In this document: in pieces, positions 12,141-25,357 of the stretch
Layout: each line of letters begins with the position of its first letter
How positions within the stretch are numbered: position 1 is the first letter of the stretch
Assembly: GCF_009834535.1 (NCBI RefSeq)
Contig: NC_045697.1
Location: forward strand, 89,406,001-89,470,000
Direction of reading: 5' to 3'
Length of the DNA: 64,000 nt
From: Camelus ferus
Taxonomy: Eukaryota
Translations under genes and position numbers: made by a program
Notes under the pieces: model-generated
The model's database searches: none
What the model saw: only the letters and a program-made list of their open reading frames with translations
Told to the model about the DNA's origin: nothing

Positions 12141-15100
12141 CTAATGTCATTTTGCTTTCTCTTTTCACTTATGACAAATGTCAGAAAGTAATTATTATAG
12201 TTAAGATGTATATAGATAAGCTAAATAAAAATTTTGTATTTTCAATTCACTGTATTTGGAAAATATTTTTGGCAGATTTGAATCCCAAGTAGTCTCATAA
12301 ATGGAAACATTTGAGAGATTTTATTTTACTTTACTAAAAACATTTTTATTTTGAAAAAGAAAACCCTAAAATTCAACATTCGCTACACATCTTCGTAGGT
12401 AAGCATTGTGGGAAACATTGGGAACTGGAAAATGAAAAAGACATTGTTTTAGTCTCAAGAATAGTATAATATCCTGTGGTAGTATATTATCTCTATATTG
12501 CACAGGTTATTAAAGGAGGAACATCCTTAAGAAAGAAGATCCATTAATAATTTGATAACTAATTTAGCTAAACAAAATAGTCTTCAGTTTACTACTTTGT
12601 ATATTTTATACAATGAAATCAACTTTTATTATCACAAAATTTGGGGAGTTTATTACCAGCACTGCAGATTAAGTCTAGTCTTTCTTCTGAGCTCTTTGAA
12701 GATTGTTAACAAGCAAATCATTTTGGATCCTCTTAGCAATGATAAAATGTACATTTCAAAAGGTAAAATCATGACTCTCAGGCAAATATAAAACGAACAT
12801 CTGTCAAAAATTTTACTTAACTCATTTATTAATTAATCAGTAGAATGTTGAAACCAGGCAAAGAACGTTTGAAAAATGAAGTACGAGCAATTAAATAAAG
12901 GAATGTCAGGGCAAGGATATTAAATACAAAACTGGTTAGTGTCCATGCAGGGCAATAAACCATACCCTTTGAGGTTAATTTTTCCACAGGACAGAAAGTA
13001 TTTGTATAACCATCAAAAGAAGAATATGCAAATTGACCTCGGTCCCTAAAGATTTGTAAAATAGCTCAATCAATAGAAAAATCAATCAAAAATGCAAGTC
13101 CAGCACATTACTGAAAGAACACTCAGTAATCTCTTTTGCCTATTTTGAAGTTTTAGAAATCTTCTCATACCAGCAAGCTTTATATATTGAGGCAGTATAC
13201 TTCTGTACTAGAACCCCAAATAATTTATTTTTTCTACCTTTCACATCACTCACTTGCAGAATCTATTTGACCTCAGTCTTGCTGTATATCTTTAAGTAAG
13301 CCCAATTAGCCAGCTGCCCAACTTCTGTCACAGAATATTAAAAAAAGAAAATTTCTGAGTAGCAGACTTTGCTATATTTATTTGGAGAACAAAACTTTAT
13401 AAATTTCCTACTATATGGAATAGATTCCATTTAAAGTTTAATTATATTTCTGTTTGAGGTTCAGAAAATGTAAGGTACTACCATACGTCAGTGGGTATGT
13501 GAGAATTTAAATTTAGCAGTTGACGGTTAAACACATTGAAAAGGAGGAAGATAGGGATTTCCGAGGTAGTTAATCTAGAGTGTTCTTGGACGACATAATC
13601 AGCCTGTTAAACCCCTCAAAAGCAGCACTTTCGGAAATTTCTTTGCTTTGAGGCTTTACCTCAGGAGATCTAATAATTTTCTTATTTTTGTAAGACAGGG
13701 ATAGTTGCTGTTACAGTTGCTGTTATTGTACCAGTTTCCATTTTCTCTTATCCATTGCTGCATAAGTGACAATAAGAGAAAAGAAGTTCAACTAACCCAG
13801 TTAGGGGAAATGGAAACTGATTTCTAAGTTCAGAGTATAGGTGAGAAGAAAATTCTGAATATGTGAAGTAACAGAACTTCATGCTGCATGATAGAATTAA
13901 AATTCATCATTAAGAGGTCAGTAAGATTACACGTGAGAGCCTCTGTACAGTCTACTTCACATATGATTTGAAAAGAATATATGACTTAAAAAAAAACACA
14001 AGCTACCCAGTAAGAATGCAGCTATGCATCAGCTCCTCTTCGACTGTTGTCAAACGCACTGATGTTGAAGTGCAGTCCTATTGAGAAATTTTGACTGATG
14101 CCCTACACAGTGAGGATAATGTCTTCAAAGTAAATTGTACTGCAGCATTTCTTTTGCATAGTCTTTGACTCATTATGTCTTTAAAAAGTTAACTAAATTT
14201 GGCTCTCTAATAAGGATAGTTCTTAGCAAAGAACAAAAATGCCTAGTTGTTGCACCTAGTCTTAAATTAACATCAACCTCATAAACTGTGGAATACTTTT
14301 CCTAAACAATACTTACCTCCAAGTTTTATTTTAATGTTTCTCATTATTTAATAGTAGAATAAGCTATTTAGTTTTTTTCCAGAAGTGTAACCCATATATT
14401 GCATTGTTCTTATGGGGAATTAGGCTTTGAATAATGGTTTTGAGTAAAGCTCATATCACCAGGTATGTACGTCAAGAGTTTTTTTAAATGACTATTATGT
14501 TGAGATCCTAAATTTCTAAACAAAATCTTGAATTAAAAGATTGAAAAATCATGAAAAAATGTATAAGCTAAAGGGATATAAAATATTTTGACACTTCATT
14601 TTCTTTTTCACAAATAGTAATTACTATTATTATTGAGACCAGTATTTCTCATTCATCCAAAGCATCGTTTCTTTACATAGTAAAATCCAAAATAGATTTT
14701 CATCCTTCCCATAAACTATTTTGCCAAACTTAATTACAGTGTTTATCAATGAAATCCTTTCAGATTGCTTACTATAATCAGGATTACTTTTGTCATCTAA
14801 ACTACATAAGTTCAGGAATGCCACAGCTGTATTTTCTCGGTGCTCTATGTCCAGGACACAGAAGCAGAACCTAGTCCACGGTAGATCCTTTTGGTTGACT
14901 GACTGAATGAATAAGTATTTTAAATATGACATTAAAACTGCATCAGTTTAGAATGATTTTAAAACATAAAGAATGTATTTCTGTATTATTGTGTTTTTTT
15001 CAAAGAATATTGTAAAACTAGCTTATAATGCTGGCTAGAAAGTTATTCATGTTTTATACAAATTGTGGCAAATATAATTAAGACCAACCATCACCCCAAG

Positions 15101-16803
15101 AAAATTTCTACTGTATATAATATATTTCATCAATTTTCATACAATTGTTGATCCAGAGTTTAAAAAAAAAGTCAATATAACGTAAAAATCTCTCATTTCT
15201 GATACATGGCCCCATAAACTTGGTATTTTTATAGAATTTTGCTCATAAATTTATCTTACCATCTGTCTGGGCAAAGCTAACAACTTCCCTTATTTTGGCA
15301 ATGCTGAATGAATGAATTTCTACAGGAAGCCTTGACATATTTATTTTATGCTCTTTCATGAGGGTTACAAAGTATGTGCTGCATGATCTAGAAAAAAATG
15401 TGCTAGCAACTAAAAACTTAACTGTTAGAAGCTGTGATTTTTTTTCTTTAAAATCCCGTGAAAATCTCATATTTGATTTTCTTAGTACTCTCCCTAATAA
15501 TATAAAAAGCAAGATAATTCAGCTGTGAAAACAAGCAAAATTTCTTCTAATACAGAACAGCTGAGTAATTCACTGTCTTTACAAAGAATCTACTCCTTTA
15601 GCCACAGGTATTTTTTTTTAATCAATTTTCTATTATGGGCACAGTGTGGTTAATTAAGGGTTCTCCTTTCTTATTGTAGAAAACTTAGAAGAATAAAAAG
15701 GCAAAGGGAGCCTAAATTGTTTTAGTTTGTGTTACATTGGCCTTGAAAAGAATGAGAAGAGAATAATTTAGCCAAAAACAACAAACATCAAGTTACCACA
15801 AATTTCAAACTCTCAGGTTTAGAGTGAAAGAGACCCATTAATTCAGGGATGTCAAGGCTGCTGGTGAAACTGAATACCAAAAAGTACTGTCCTGTGAGTT
15901 GCTCTAGCTAGCTTCCTTCAGGAGATAGTGTTTTGGGGAAATAGCTATGCTTGTTATTTAAGCCCTTTGGAAAACAATGGAAAAGGGTGGAGGGACTAGA
16001 ACCATGTTGTCTAAAGTATATACCCACCCATTCAGAATCCCAGCGAAGTACATAAACTCTGGCAGCTCAGAGAAAAATAGAAGTAACAGTTTCCTGAGAA
16101 TTGTTAAGCCAACATGCTATTAAATATACCACCTAACATTGTTCTTTTCCTCTCCTTTTTCACTCTTGCAGCTACCACATGTGATGGAAGGAATCCAAGT
16201 TAAACACTCTCACCAGAGCATGTTCCAAGACAGATGACTGGGCCTCAGGCTTGGCCAATACAATGCACTTCTATTCTCTATTTATTTTTGTAGTTCAAAG
16301 ACCTGGCAGTAACCGAGTTGATGCCTGCCATAAGGACCACTGCACTCCTGATTACTGCCCAGTGATTTTTATATCTGTATGCCAGCTACTCAGATAGACC
16401 ACGTATAAAGAGTAGGGGGATTTTTTGAAAGGAAAAGAAACCCCAGCTTCCACTTATGCTTTGAAATTTCAGATGATAGACTGCCAACTTACAGACCTTG
16501 CTTTAATCAGAGCAGCCACATGAAAAGGCTGTTTCTATTTACCCTAGGTCATTTAGGAAACCAGTGATAAGTAGGCCGTGCAAAACTTCAACCTCTCTTA
16601 AAGTTGGCATGTTCTCCCCAACTAGAGTTGAGTCTTGATTTCATTTTCTGAGTAGAAATATTTACAACCCTGTCATACATGGAGTTTTAGCCTTCTGTCT
16701 ACCAACAAATGGGCTTTTTAAAGAATGCTTAGGGTAAATTGGAAGTTGTTTTCCAATGGTGGGCCTATATAATTTAAATAATGTCTAAACTACTCTACTG
16801 GTT

Positions 16804-17276
16804 TGTGGATCAGGCCACCCAAGGTGGCTGTTCTCTTGCTCTCTGTATCTCCCCTTTAAGACCGTTCCTGCTTCACCTGCACCCTACTCACGTGACTTAC
16901 CTTCCTACATACGTGCCCTGCCCCAGGTGGTGATCATTGAACCTTTACTTAAGAACATCTCCAGCGTGATAGTTTATCAGAGGGGCATGCTCCTCAGCTG
17001 ATTTCACTGGTGACTGATGAGCCAACCTGACGTCAATTCCGCATATAACTGGCGAAGACTCCTCCTCCTCGGGAGCAACAGCTGCTACCGCGTCCTTCTG
17101 GCTGATCTGCGCCTGCGCTGCACGCAGTGAGGCGTCTCTCCAGGACCTTGCTGCGGACGTGTAAGTGTCTCCATCTATTAAACTATTGATGCCCCTGTCG
17201 CGGACTCCAGCCTCGCTCTTCGACCTTGAGGAAAGGCAGGTACAGGACTGGTAGGCCTGCGGGCTGCAGCTCAACA
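16804..17276 (+). mobile_element. ERV 5' LTR
   Basis: TG...CA termini; TATA-like box 17044; ATTAAA 17177-17182; immediately followed by a PBS. Confidence 0.85.
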
Positions 17277-17278
17277 AT

Positions 17279-17297
17279 TGGCAGAGCCAGTCAGGAG
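17279..17297 (+). promoter_or_regulatory. Primer-binding site, tRNA-Arg(ACG)
   Basis: tggcagagccagtcaggag vs TGGCGAGCCAGCCAGGAG (complement of the tRNA-Arg-ACG 3' end): 1 insertion, 1 mismatch; 2 nt after the LTR CA. Confidence 0.8.
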
Positions 17298-19325
17298 ACT
17301 CAGGAGACTCGCGCGTACTGGGAAATAAGGGATGGGGAGTAGAAAGCTGGGGGGGGGGGGGTCGTCAGCTAACAGATGGGGCCTGAAAGTTGTGAGAATA
17401 ACCCTGGAAATTGTGGGAATGTCTACTAGCATATGGGACCTCATGGTGGCTGTCCTTGATGAATGGGGGCCCCAAGAGAGTAAGGAGAACTCACAAATAC
17501 CCCTAAGGCTGTTGTGCAGATACTGGTCGCTGTTACAGTGAGAAAAAAGGAGTTAGCACAAGGTGGTGGCGTCGGCTTTGGGCTGGCTCTTGATTTTTGT
17601 AGTAAGAAAGGCCGCAGGGCCTAAGCTAACAGTTGAAGCAAAGGTTAACTTGAATGTTGATAGCTGTTGATAGCTCTGAAAGTGAGGCATTTGAATGTGA
17701 GTGAATGCTATGTATCATTGTCTATTACTGTTAATGGTTTAAATTGAATTGCTATTTTGAAACTGAAAAAAAATCCTGAAAATGGCCAATACGGGAATCT
17801 TTTGACATTCTAAAACTGGTTTTTGCATATGCCATTGAAGGAAGTTAGTTTTCTAGGAGGGATTAGTGTTTCTCTTCCTGGGCCTTTGGGATGTAAATGA
17901 TCTACCTGAGAGTGAAGCGGAAAAGCTTTTCTAAACTCTAGCAGGAAAACTGAGATCTGTGTCTGTATAGGTACATGTATGTCTATGTGTACCTTATAAA
18001 TAGAATGTCTCTGCCCCCAAATGGCGTGGCCAAGATTGGTTTGTGGATGAGTTCTGTTTAATTGGCTTAAAAGAAATCAAGTGCCTTATATAAATTCTCA
18101 GGAATATAAAAGAAACTGCCAGAATGAAATTCAGTTTCATGTGGTCCTGGAAATACTCAGTACTGAGTGGATATCTGGTATTGAAGCTACTTAAGCTTGT
18201 TGGTTTGATTAATAAGACATGTCTTTAGAGTTATCAATATGAAGTATAATTCTGTTGTACCTAGGTTTGCTAGAGTTCAAATGAGACCTTATTATATCTG
18301 TTGCAGATTTGCCAGCAAGGGAAATAACTTGATATGATGAAACTTTAAGCAAATGTAAATGAGAAAAGAGCTTTTAGGTCAACTCTATAGGAATAATTAT
18401 GTTTGGGGAATGTCTATCTAAAATGGTCTCTGCAGGTTTTGGTAACTTGGAACTAACCTAAGTTAAATGAAGAGAATTCATTGACTATCTGCGTCATTTC
18501 AAATAGAATAAAATACTGGAACATTAACTGCTGAATGGGTCTAAGTTTACCTGTCTTTGCCTTCTTAGGAGAGGAGGATGAAAGCATAAGTTTTCCAATC
18601 AGGAAATACTTGTGTGACAAACGGTTCACAATTACTTGCTCCTTGGTTTTTGCCAGGCATTAAGGTTTCTAAGGGTTAAGATTATAATCAATCATAAATC
18701 TAGTTATTGTAACCAAGTTTCTTCACTGATTACACTGTGATTGAATGTTTAACTGTGCCCTTTTAAGGCTTTTGTCAAACATAGACAGTTGTTGTGGTAG
18801 TTTGATGCTTTTGCAAAAGTGCTTTATCTTAAGGAAGATTCATAGGAAGGACCTTTTGACAAGTACAGGTCTCTGATAAATTTCAGATCATACTGCTGAA
18901 ATGGATAAGAAATTAAAAAATCCTAAAGGAAAACCTGATGGCGTCATAAAAAGTTAACAAAAGGATTGGTTACTGAGTGAACTGGTGAATACGGTTATAA
19001 CCTGTATGGTTTTTGTCTGGAATATTACTGGTTTTGATCTGTGTTTTCCAGATATAGGGAAGCCCTTCCACTCAAGTTAGTTATAACTTAGAGCAGTTTG
19101 GTAAACTACAGCTGTGGATAGAATTGAAACATCTTTCTTTTCTCTCTGCTTGGTCCCTCCAGAAATTGGGAGATTCTTGAGTTCTGAGCAGCCTTATTAG
19201 GTGAATGGGAACGACTATCTCCTGACATGTGCAGGAGTCTCAATATTTGGGGACCCTCTAGAAGAGAGAAATCCACCAAGGCAGAGCCTAGTGGCAGCAG
19301 GCCTTTGGCATGGGTTTCTTTAGTG
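17298..19325 (+). mobile_element. ERV internal region: short gag-like remnant, then AT-rich MER4-group-like non-coding internal sequence; 3' truncated
   Basis: Follows the PBS; ttaattggcttaaaagaaatcaagtgc and ggggaccctctagaagagagaaatccacc resemble MER4-group internal consensus; no matching 3' LTR in the window. Confidence 0.65.
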
Positions 19326-19779
19326 GTAAACTACTTATGACATTAGGTATCAATACATGGGCACGAGGATATACCTCCAGGTCATGAAGCCACCCTGACT
19401 CACAGTTTAAGTTGGAGTGCTGTTGCAGAAGCATTCTGGTAAGTCTGTGATGGCCTGACTGCTGGAACTTGTACTGAATTTTCTCTGAGAAGTTGTACCA
19501 GAATAGTGATTAGATTTCTTATTCACCAGTGCCTATTAAATGTATAATTTAAACTAAGTGAAAAAAATATTACTTAAATTGTTATTTCAAATGGTGCTTG
19601 GTTCATGGTTAGTACACAAAAAATATATATTGAATGACTAAATAATAAATACATATACAGCAGTGCTTCTATGGAAACTTGCCTGAAATTCGGATTCAGG
19701 TCAGAACTACCGTTCAACACTAGTGTTCTTTACATATCATTTCTACTCCAGCCCCAAGCCCAGCAGCTGGATCAATGTT

Positions 19780-20767
19780 CTACCCACTTCCAAGCACTAG
19801 GGGAAAGAAGATAAGATATAGGGGTTTCTAGATCCTCTGTTCCTACACAGACCTATAGATACTAATATAGAGCAATCTGATGGAGAGTTACCTTGATGAT
19901 GGTGTCTTGGGAGAAAGGGGTTGAATTGGGTAGAGTTCTGGAGGAGGAGTGGGACAGTGGCTCTACAGTGACCGCATACAGTTTACTCTGGGGGTGTTTA
20001 TGGGTAGGCAGTTCCTCTGGTGGCAGCATTTTGCAATTCAGTCTCCGAGATGCCTGTGGAACGTGGGTGCTCTTGTGGGGCGGTGGGGAAAAATGGTCAT
20101 TTTACTGACCATTGTTGTGCATACTCTTAAAGTGGCCTAAAATCACCCTCTTTTCAAACTGGATGCAGATGAATATTCACATAGAACAAGTCTTTGGGGG
20201 TAGATAAAACTGCAGGTAGAAATCACACCTGGCAGGCATAACATATTATTTAAAACAAATAGCAACAGAACATGGCATCAGAGAAGGACTAACAAGGGAT
20301 TTCCCCGGCACCTACTGGAAGTCCAGGACTACATGATTTTACAACTAGGTAGCTGGGCAAAGTGACACGAAATGACAGGGTTCTTCCATGAGGAGCTGCT
20401 GAGTAGCAGGAATTGGCCACAGGGGCAGACAAAACTGGTTCTTGAGCTGTAAAAGTGACTGAAATTTTACGGAGGAACAGAGAGCTCCTCCCTCATACTG
20501 GGGAAGATATGAGGACTAGGTTTGAGGAATATGACACAAGTCCCTTAAGCAGAACAGATGTAAAATTAGAGTCAGACAGGTTTTGTTCTAGAGAATTTGA
20601 TGGGAGTTCTTATATTTACTTAATATATAAGGTCAAGGTGCCTCCCAGAAACCAGGGAGACTAAACTTGTTCTTAGAAACAAACTGTTTTAACTTTGGGA
20701 AAATAGGGCTGTAGCTGCTCAAGCCAGCAAGCTCTGCAGTCGAGGCCCGTGGCAGCCAGTCTCTACA
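19780..20767. mobile_element. Unassigned LTR-element-like sequence (possible minus-strand LTR 20316-20767)
   Basis: GC-elevated block; PPT-like gagaaagggg at ~19911; minus strand reads tgtagag...ggacttcca. Confidence 0.3.
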
Positions 20768-21829
20768 GCAGGTCTTTGTATTTTCATTTTCTTCCTATTT
20801 CATCCCGCGTTTTAATTTTAATAAGTCCTTGTGCTTCAAACCGCTTAAAATTAAATCAGTCTATAGGCTGACTATCTTAGGCTCCATTCCAGTGTAAGTC
20901 AGAGATGTTGACTTCCCTATCTCTGCGTCTTCTGTCCTTTTCTCTTAATCTGTCCCCTTATGTCTCTAATTTTTTTTTTTAGGCTTTCAAATTGCATTTA
21001 TTTGTTTTTGCCCACACCTGATGTAGCACTTTGTGCCACTAGGCAGAATGTTTTCTGAATACAGTTTCATATTTGTAGTCTCTAAAGAGTCATTAGTTTA
21101 ATTCCAAGTGACACCCTGAATAAACCATGCAAATCACTAAGGTCTATTTAGAACTGGCAGTAAATAGCACTTATGAAAAAACCCAGAGTGACTGCATACA
21201 GAATTCTTTAATAAAGTGTGGTGACCACACACATGACATTGAATTTATCAGAGTAGAATTATCCATAAGGGTACATAAATGACTTTGCATTGAGCGTTTC
21301 CCCAGTTAAGTAAATTTTTCATGATTAATAATCTGGAAGAGGAAATCTACACTCAGGAATAGACATCGACTATGTCCTGGATAATTTGAAAATTCAAATA
21401 ACTGCATCTCAGGATTTATATTTGCTTTGAACAGGAGTTGTAAGGAAAACTAAATGATCAATAATTTAGTCTCTTTATCCCCTAGATTCTAGATGCTTGT
21501 ACATGCCTCTTTTAGAATCTTTCAGGCATTAAATTGTGGATGAAAAGGATTTTTGAATATGTCTGGCATGTAAAGATTTACTGACAGCTATTGATACAAG
21601 AAAAAGTCAATTAAAAAAAAAATAAGTAGCCCAAGGAATTAAAAAGTCATCCTGATCACTTACAGTAGATTGTTAATTTGCTAGAAAATTGTCAAACATA
21701 TTTCAGTTTTCAATAAAACAGAAGTCTCCTATTTTGAATAAGGCACCAATAAATGGATGCAGTGTAATCTTAGAATAATCTAACAGGGAAAGAAACAGGT
21801 GGAGGCTTCATTCTACTTTCTGTAACTAT

Positions 21830-22490
21830 GTTATGTATCTTAGGACCAAAATACACAATGTATTATTGTACACAGAGTACAAAGTATTACCAAATTTTAA
21901 ACCAAATCTAATCAAGCCTCTAAATCTAATTATCAATTTATAGGAAATACAAGAAACAGAATACAAGTCAAATGATACCGAAGGGAAGCAATTAGCAAAC
22001 TTTATTCTCCGAGAGATTACACAGAACAAATAGCATGGTCTCTTCAGAAAATAAACTTCAAGGAATAAAATATAAATTTAGAAAAAGGCTGGAAATAAGA
22101 GAAACTTTATTTAATCCAACTATAATATATGGATTTTATTTGTATCTTAATTCTAACAAACATTCTGTAAAAGAAATTTTGAAACCATCAGGAAATTTGA
22201 GCACTAACTGGATATTTCATAATACTAAGAATTATCCTTAATTTGTTTAGATAATAGACATATGATTCCACTTCAAGATGAATGTTTATTTACATACTGA
22301 AGTATTACAGATGAAATAATGTGATTCTTGATAATTAAAAAAAATAACTCAGAATTGGCAGGAATTGGCAAGAGCTTAGACAAATCAAGATTGGTCATGA
22401 GTTGATAAGACAGAAAGCACTTTTTTTGTTATAATAGTCTCTACATATTTATGTAGTTAAATTTTCCATAATGAGAAACTTAAAAATAGT
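21830..22490 (+). mobile_element. Old L1 (L1MC4/5-like) 3' end
   Basis: aatctaatcaagcctctaaatctaattatcaatttataggaaatacaag; caagattggtcatgagttgataa. Confidence 0.75.
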
Positions 22491-23084
22491 CTTGAACTTC
22501 ACTAAACATTTATTGCTCAATATAGAAATTAATCATTTTCAAACTGAGATATATATATTTTAAATATACATAGCTACTCTGCTGAATCACTTATTAAATG
22601 TAATAATTTATATAGACATTCATTTTGGGTTTCCTCTAGATAAAACATGTCATCATCTTTCTTTTCTTAACTGTTCTCTAACAGAGTGATGCCAATGAGT
22701 AAGATGAATGTCAAGTTCTTGCTTAGGACTTTAACAACCAGGGAAGGTTAAATATAGTAGGGTTCCTATTGTTAAAATCAAGGGAATTTTTTAATAGCCA
22801 TATATGGCCCCCAGATTTGTCCTATTTAGGACAGTTTAATACAACAAATTAGGTTATACTTATTCATGAATGTGTTGAGGAATTTTCCTGTTAATATAAT
22901 GGTCCTTTAAAATATTTTATAGGAATAAAATAGTAAGCTATATATACCTATCCCTGGGAGAGGCCTTGTCAATCACACCTGTATAATTCTTGTTTTGGGC
23001 TGTAAATAAATAATTAACTATAAAATGTTTTATACATATGTGTGTGTATATTCACACATATGAAACAAAATAAATACAAATGAT

Positions 23085-23970
23085 ATAATGCTTAACATTA
23101 CTAATTATCAGGGGCATGCAAGTCAGAACCACACTGAAAAATCATCTCACACCTGTTAGAATGGCTGTTGTCAAAAAGGCAACAAATAATAAATGTTGAT
23201 GAGAATATGGAGAAAAGGGAAGCCTAGTTCACTATTAATGGGAATGTAAATTACTGTAGCCACTATGGAAAATAGAAAAAAGTATGAACATTCCTCAGAA
23301 AATTTAAAGTAGAACTACAATATGATCCAGCAATTCCACTCCTGAGTATATATCTAAAAAAATAACACTAATTAAAAAAAATGAACCCCTATGTTCACTG
23401 CAGCATTATTTACAATAGTCAAGATACAGAATCAACCTAGATGTCCCTCAATAGATGAATGCATAAAAAATATGTAATAAAGATTCCATTGTATATCCAT
23501 ATGCATATATGGTGGAATATTTGTATATATGTATATACAATGTATGTATACACAATGGAATATTACTCATCCATAAAAAAGGAAAATTGCCATTTGTAAC
23601 TGTGGATGGACCTGGAGGGTATTATGCTTAGTGAAGTATATCAGACAGAGAAAGACAAATACTGTATGTTTTCACTTGTATGTAGAATCTAAAAAAATAA
23701 AGGAATGTTTGTAGCAAAACAGAAACAGACTTTTAGATACAGAGAACAAACTAGTAGTTACCAGGAGGGAGAGGAGTTGGGGGAGGGTCAAGATAGGGGA
23801 AGAAGAGTAACAGGTACAAACTACTATGTGTAAGATAAACTACAAAGATATCTTATACAGCACAGGGAATATAATTGATATAACTTTAAAAGGAGTATAA
23901 TCTATAACAAGATCAGATCACTATGCTGTACACCTTTAACTTATAAATCAACTATATTTCAATTTAAAAA
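23085..23970 (+). mobile_element. L1 3' end (ORF2 C-terminus + 3'UTR)
   Basis: cacacctgttagaatggct, tatgatccagcaattccactcctg, aatcaactatatttcaatttaaaaa. Confidence 0.92.
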
Positions 23971-24249
23971 TAATAGTCTTTATAGTGAATGAGACAACCC
24001 ACCATAGAAAGTGTACCTTGGTAAGATACATACATATCAATAGACCAAGAAAGTCCAGTTATTTGGGTGAAAAAATTAGACCTACAGAAATAGATTCAGA
24101 TCATGCAAGTCTCTTGGAAATTCCTCTGAGATTTAGTTGGGTAGTCGGCACTTATCTCAAACTTTTTTCCTTATATATCTTGGAATAAAATAAAAAGAAA
24201 CAGCCTTTTGTACCATGAGAAAGACTGTACAGTGAACTACTGATGAAGG

Positions 24250-24470
24250 GAGAGGCTCTGGAGGCAGATACCTGGGTCTCTTCTTATTAATGAGTGAAGA
24301 CAAGCTGCTTAACACTCCAGGACCTCAGTTCCTCAAGTGTAAAATTAACATCATAATAGTTCATCAACTCAAAGGATTGAATAAATGTGTTATCATATTA
24401 TAATAAAGTCCTTTAGATAGTGCAATGTACAATAGGTCATCAGCATTTTTTTACAGTTAATATTAATAAA
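24250..24470 (+). mobile_element. MIR
   Basis: ggctctggaggcagatacctgggt...cctcagttcctcaagtgtaaaatt. Confidence 0.7.
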
Positions 24471-24584
24471 TATAAGTTATTTTAGACACAAAAAGTTAAT
24501 GCCTAGTGGGCTTTAGCTTTAGTTCTTCATCCATTGACTTTTCTAGAGAAGAATGTTAAAACAGAGGTCATTTCCATTTATATA

Positions 24585-24965
24585 CTGATTTAACAAATAA
24601 TCATTAAGTGCTTTCTATGTGCCAGACATTGCACTTTGGGTATGCAAATGTGGGTAAAATGTGTCTTCTAGCCACAAGGTGTTTTCACACGTTTAAATTT
24701 TTAAAGACACCTGAGTGTTAACAGGAGCTACAGAAGTTCACAGAGGTTAGCATAGGTGGGCGGAGGAAAGGGTCTGTGGTTTGACCTGTGGAGAGTTCCA
24801 GAAAAATTCTCAGAATGAAGACAGTATTCAGAACTCTCTGGGAATGTTTAGGAGGATTTATTCACCAGATAGCTGGAACCTGGAAGAACATGAGCTTTCC
24901 AGGCAGAGAGGAAAAGTTGGCATAGAGGCGCAAAGATCTGAAACAGCCTGCTAGGCATGGTGCAT
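24585..24965 (-). mobile_element. L2 fragment
   Basis: atttaacaaataatcattaagtgctttctatgtgccagacattg is a reversed L2 3' end. Confidence 0.6.
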
Positions 24966-25357
24966 TCTTTTTTTTCTTTTTTTTTTAATCTTTTTTTTTT
25001 TTTTTTTTTAAACAGTGATCTTCTGATATCCTTTTTATTTCCATTCTTGTTTTCAGCTGTGCTGGGGAGGGGGGTGACATCAAGTGTATGAATTTTAGAT
25101 ACACTCAAGTAACTTCTCTCCAGAGCCATCGGCACTGTGCTCAGTTTGTTCTGTCAAGAGTTCTATCAGTACAGGTAACCTTGCAAATTCCTTACCTAAG
25201 AGCTGAAATGTTTCAGTTGTGTGCTTCACTGTAAATGTATTTTTGTGTTTTTTTTTAGAAAAATAGCAGATTTATTGAGATGATTCACATACCACAAAAC
25301 TCACCCTTTAACGGGTATAATTCAGTTTTTTTTTTAAAGTATATTCATGAATTTAGA

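Noticed and set aside
12770..13260. Possible ancient interspersed repeat
   Set aside because: It looks repeat-like, but I cannot assign a family or boundaries
16945..17277. 110-aa minus-strand ORF
   Set aside because: Lies wholly within the GC-rich LTR, on the antisense strand; explained by composition
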